From an uncultured Propionivibrio sp. (GTDB lineage Bacteria; Pseudomonadota; Gammaproteobacteria; Burkholderiales; Rhodocyclaceae): a DNA stretch of 50,659 nucleotides. Below, one piece after another: positions 48,354 to 50,659 of this stretch. Position 1 is the first letter of the stretch; every line of letters starts with the position of its first letter. A program made the translations under genes and the position numbers. Below the pieces are notes generated by a model. The model did not search any database. It had not been told where the DNA came from and saw nothing but the letters and a program-made list of their open reading frames with translations. Location: assembly GCA_964440925.1 (NCBI GenBank), contig CAYTWY010000002.1, forward strand, positions 1 through 50,659, read 5' to 3'.

Positions 48354-48689
48354 TCAGGGCGTCTTTTCCTTGCCGATCAGTTGCGGCAAGGGCGAAAGGC
48401 TAGGTACGGAAGGAACCGGCTGCCCGCTTTCGAGGCGATAGATCCAGGCCAGCAATTCCGCTACCGCCACATAAAGTTGCGGTGGAATGCGTTGATCGAG
48501 GTCGATTTGCAACAGCAAGGAAACGAGTTCCGGCGATTCGTGTACGTAAACGCCGTGTTCCCTGGCGCGGGCGATGATTTGCTCGGCAATGACGCCGCGT
48601 CCCCTGGCGACGACGCGCGGGGCGGCATCGGTCTCGGTGTAAGTGAGCGCGACGGCGCTCTTGAGCGGATCAGTTTCCGTCCGGGACAT
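48354..48689 (-). CDS. Stand-alone FlhB C-terminal-like protein (EscU/YscU/HrcU family; FlhX/YlqH type)
   Basis: AVALTY...APRVVARGRG..AEQI...IPPQLYVAVAELLAWIY matches FlhB downstream of NPTH; no TM segments. Confidence 0.9.
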   Translation of the reverse strand: MSRTETDPLKSAVALTYTETDAAPRVVARGRGVIAEQIIARAREHGVYVHESPELVSLLLQIDLDQRIPPQLYVAVAELLAWIYRLESGQPVPSVPSLSPLPQLIGKEKTP

Positions 48690-49821
48690 CGTTCGCTTCG
48701 CTGTGCTTTCCAGTAATGAATCCCATGCCCGCCAGGATTAGCCCGGCAGCGTCGAATTGCTGGCGTAAATCGCCGCCCTTGCTTTGCATCAGATCGCGCG
48801 TCGCCGCATCGACGGCATGCAGATTGAGCGTTACCTGTCCGCCCTGCAGACGGATGCCGGCGTCGATTTCACCCAGATGCGGGAGCGTCATGCGCAGACG
48901 CGTCGACCAGCGCGATTCGGATTCTTCTCCGTCCGCGGTTTTCTGGCGGCCGTCCTCGTCGATTTCCCAATGCATCTGCTGCCCGGGCCAGATTTGCCCC
49001 TGCCACGAGTAGTTCTGCGTCGCCAGCGCCTCCAGTTGCTGCTGAACCAAGGCTTGCAAGGGTTGTGCGATGACTTGTCCGGAACTCTGGGCGCTCTGCG
49101 ACAACAGCGCCTTGCTGCTTCCTGCGCTGTTGCCGTCTTGCTCCGGCGTGGTGCCACGTAGCGGGTTCGCTTGCTGCGCACTGTCTGCCGCTGCGGTTTG
49201 CGCCATGGGCATTGCGGAATGCCCAGCCGTTTCGCGAGGGGTGGAAAGCCTGCCTTGTGGTTCGTTGAGCAGCTCGGTTTGCGAAAAACGTCCGGCGACC
49301 CATTCGGCCTGGTGTGCTTCGTAGAACATGCCGCTTTGTGCGATGGCCTGTTTGAGCAGGGGCAGGAGATCCTGCCCCTGGGTTGGAGGAGCGGTCGCTA
49401 GGGGTTGGTTGCCGTTGAGCGGCAAAGCCACTTTCTCACCGGAATTCTTGTCGGAAAAAAGCGTGCCGATCAGCTGGCCGGTGCGGCTCAGGGTCGCTGT
49501 GACCGATTCCTGGGACGTTTTTCCCCCTTCGCCCGATTGGTGCGCGACGACTGCCAGCGTCAGTTTTCCGTCGGATTCAGTAACCAGAAGTTCAAGCGAA
49601 TCGCCGCTTTTGGCCGAGAAGGGAAGCGCCAGGGTAATGTTGCGCTGGTTGATCATCGCCCGGTAGGTGCCGTTGGGGAGCAGGGCCTGAACCTCGGCCA
49701 TTACCTTCTGCCCCGCTGTCAGCCCTGATAGCTTGTCGGAAATCTCCTGCGCCGGTGCGACGGGACGCAACGTCGCGTCAGCGGAGACTTGCATGCGGCT
49801 GGCGACGTCCGAGGGGATCAT
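48670..49821 (-). CDS. Second FliK-domain (hook-length-control-like) protein
   Basis: SGMFYEAH; WQGQIWPGQQMHWEI; WSTRLRMTLPHLGEIDA FliK_C-like segment; overlaps the flhB_C-like gene. Confidence 0.8.
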   Translation of the reverse strand: MIPSDVASRMQVSADATLRPVAPAQEISDKLSGLTAGQKVMAEVQALLPNGTYRAMINQRNITLALPFSAKSGDSLELLVTESDGKLTLAVVAHQSGEGGKTSQESVTATLSRTGQLIGTLFSDKNSGEKVALPLNGNQPLATAPPTQGQDLLPLLKQAIAQSGMFYEAHQAEWVAGRFSQTELLNEPQGRLSTPRETAGHSAMPMAQTAAADSAQQANPLRGTTPEQDGNSAGSSKALLSQSAQSSGQVIAQPLQALVQQQLEALATQNYSWQGQIWPGQQMHWEIDEDGRQKTADGEESESRWSTRLRMTLPHLGEIDAGIRLQGGQVTLNLHAVDAATRDLMQSKGGDLRQQFDAAGLILAGMGFITGKHSEANDVPDGN

Positions 49822-49822
49822 T

Positions 49823-50113
49823 TCAAAGCGTGAGTATGGGTTCGCGCAACAAGATGTTCAGTGCGTGTTTTCGCTCGTCAACGAGTTCACGCGTTTGCTC
49901 ATCTAACTGCAGGCAGCGCTCGACAATCGCCCGGCCGCGCGTGCGTTCGGCCACCGTCAGGCTGGCGTTCAGATCGGTCGGCAGGTCCGCGAGAAGCGTA
50001 GCCCGTTCTTCGCCCAAGCGAACAGTCTCATCCCAGTCTTGCGCTACAGCCGCATCAGCGATGGCCTCGGACAAAGCCAGAAAACTCTCAAGTTTGGCGA
50101 ATGCCCGGCTCAT
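49823..50113 (-). CDS. fliT: Flagellar chaperone FliT
   Basis: 96-aa helical protein with AVAQDWD...LGEER; directly downstream of fliS. Confidence 0.8.
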   Translation of the reverse strand: MSRAFAKLESFLALSEAIADAAVAQDWDETVRLGEERATLLADLPTDLNASLTVAERTRGRAIVERCLQLDEQTRELVDERKHALNILLREPILTL

Positions 50114-50523
50114 GCCACCGCTTGCTGGACTTGCCCTGGCGCGATGCCACGCCAGGCAGAATGGATCTCTTCGAGTAGCCCCGACACTTCCTCAAGCGCC
50201 TGTAGATCGTTCTTCAGGTTGGCGTGAAGCAGTCGGTAGACCATGTAATCGTAAAGCGCTTCGAGCCGTCCCGAGATATCGCCCCCTTTATCGTGATCGA
50301 GGCTCGCCTTGAGACCATTGCTGATGATGTCGATCGCTCTTGATATCGCTGCGCCCTTATCGGCGACTCGGTTGTCCTGCATTGCGCCCCGAGCGGCCCC
50401 CAAAGCCGCTTGCGTGCCTTCAAAGAGAAGAAGGATCAGTCGGTACGGGTCGGCCACTTCGATAGCGGCGTCGACGCCCACCTTCTGATAGGCAGAAATC
50501 GCATTGCGTGAATTGCCCAGCAC
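50110..50523 (-). CDS. fliS: Flagellin chaperone FliS
   Basis: ADPYRLILLLFEG, GLKASLD, LEALYDYM, IHSAW; GTG after AGGAG. Confidence 0.95.
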   Translation of the reverse strand: MLGNSRNAISAYQKVGVDAAIEVADPYRLILLLFEGTQAALGAARGAMQDNRVADKGAAISRAIDIISNGLKASLDHDKGGDISGRLEALYDYMVYRLLHANLKNDLQALEEVSGLLEEIHSAWRGIAPGQVQQAVA

Positions 50524-50532
50524 TCGTTACTC

Positions 50533-50659
50533 CTAGCTATAGGTGGGTAGATTGGCGAGTTGTTGTGTGAGGAAGGTGCTCGTCTTGCTCATGTTCGCCA
50601 TCAGCGAATCGAGTGCAGTGAACTGCTTGCGGTAACGTGCTTCGATTTGTGTGAGCCTG
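50533..50659 (-). CDS. fliD: Filament cap protein FliD, C-terminal end only (5' part outside the window)
   Basis: Hand translation RLTQIEARYRKQFTALDSLMANMSKTSTFLTQQLANLPTYS*; directly upstream of fliS. Confidence 0.92.
   Translation of the reverse strand, partial: RLTQIEARYRKQFTALDSLMANMSKTSTFLTQQLANLPTYS

Noticed and set aside
1-50659. CRISPR arrays, IS elements, integrases, tRNA/rRNA, defence systems
   Set aside because: No regularly spaced repeats, transposase or integrase motifs, or structural RNA signatures were seen; nearly all sequence is accounted for by identifiable genes.

Overview
A GC-rich betaproteobacterial chromosome segment (Rhodocyclales-like, inferred from gene order and protein style only). 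It is almost entirely one intact flagellar/chemotaxis supercluster. The left edge has three non-flagellar genes: an atypical feoB (minus strand, cut by the window start and missed by the ORF track), an orphan tonB-family gene and a zinc-ribbon NUDIX hydrolase. Next come motAB-cheR-cheB, cheV-cheV-cheY-cheZ-cheA and flhB-flhA-flhF-flhG-fliA-motCD. These are followed by flgA-flgM-flgN (minus), flgBCDEFGHIJKL plus an unknown lipoprotein, and fliFGHIJKLMNOPQR (minus). The right end holds fleS-fleR-fliE and, on minus, fliD(partial)-fliS-fliT-fliK-like-flhB_C-like-ycgR. I saw no flagellin, chemoreceptor, cheW, cheD, RNA gene, mobile element or CRISPR array. No wholly new system is evident. The best leads are: (1) a remodelled chemosensory core (receiver-less CheB, P2-less CheA, two CheV and no CheW, CheZ with duplicated N-terminal acidic-amphipathic peptides); (2) promoter evidence for a hybrid FlhDC-like/sigma70 -> FleSR/sigma54 -> sigma28 cascade; (3) an 18-bp perfect palindrome and a G10 tract before the flgB sigma54 promoter, plus a C8 tract in fliP, as possible phase-variation switches; (4) a FeoB with degenerate GTPase motifs; (5) internally duplicated FlgL and FlgK and an unassigned lipoprotein after flgL.
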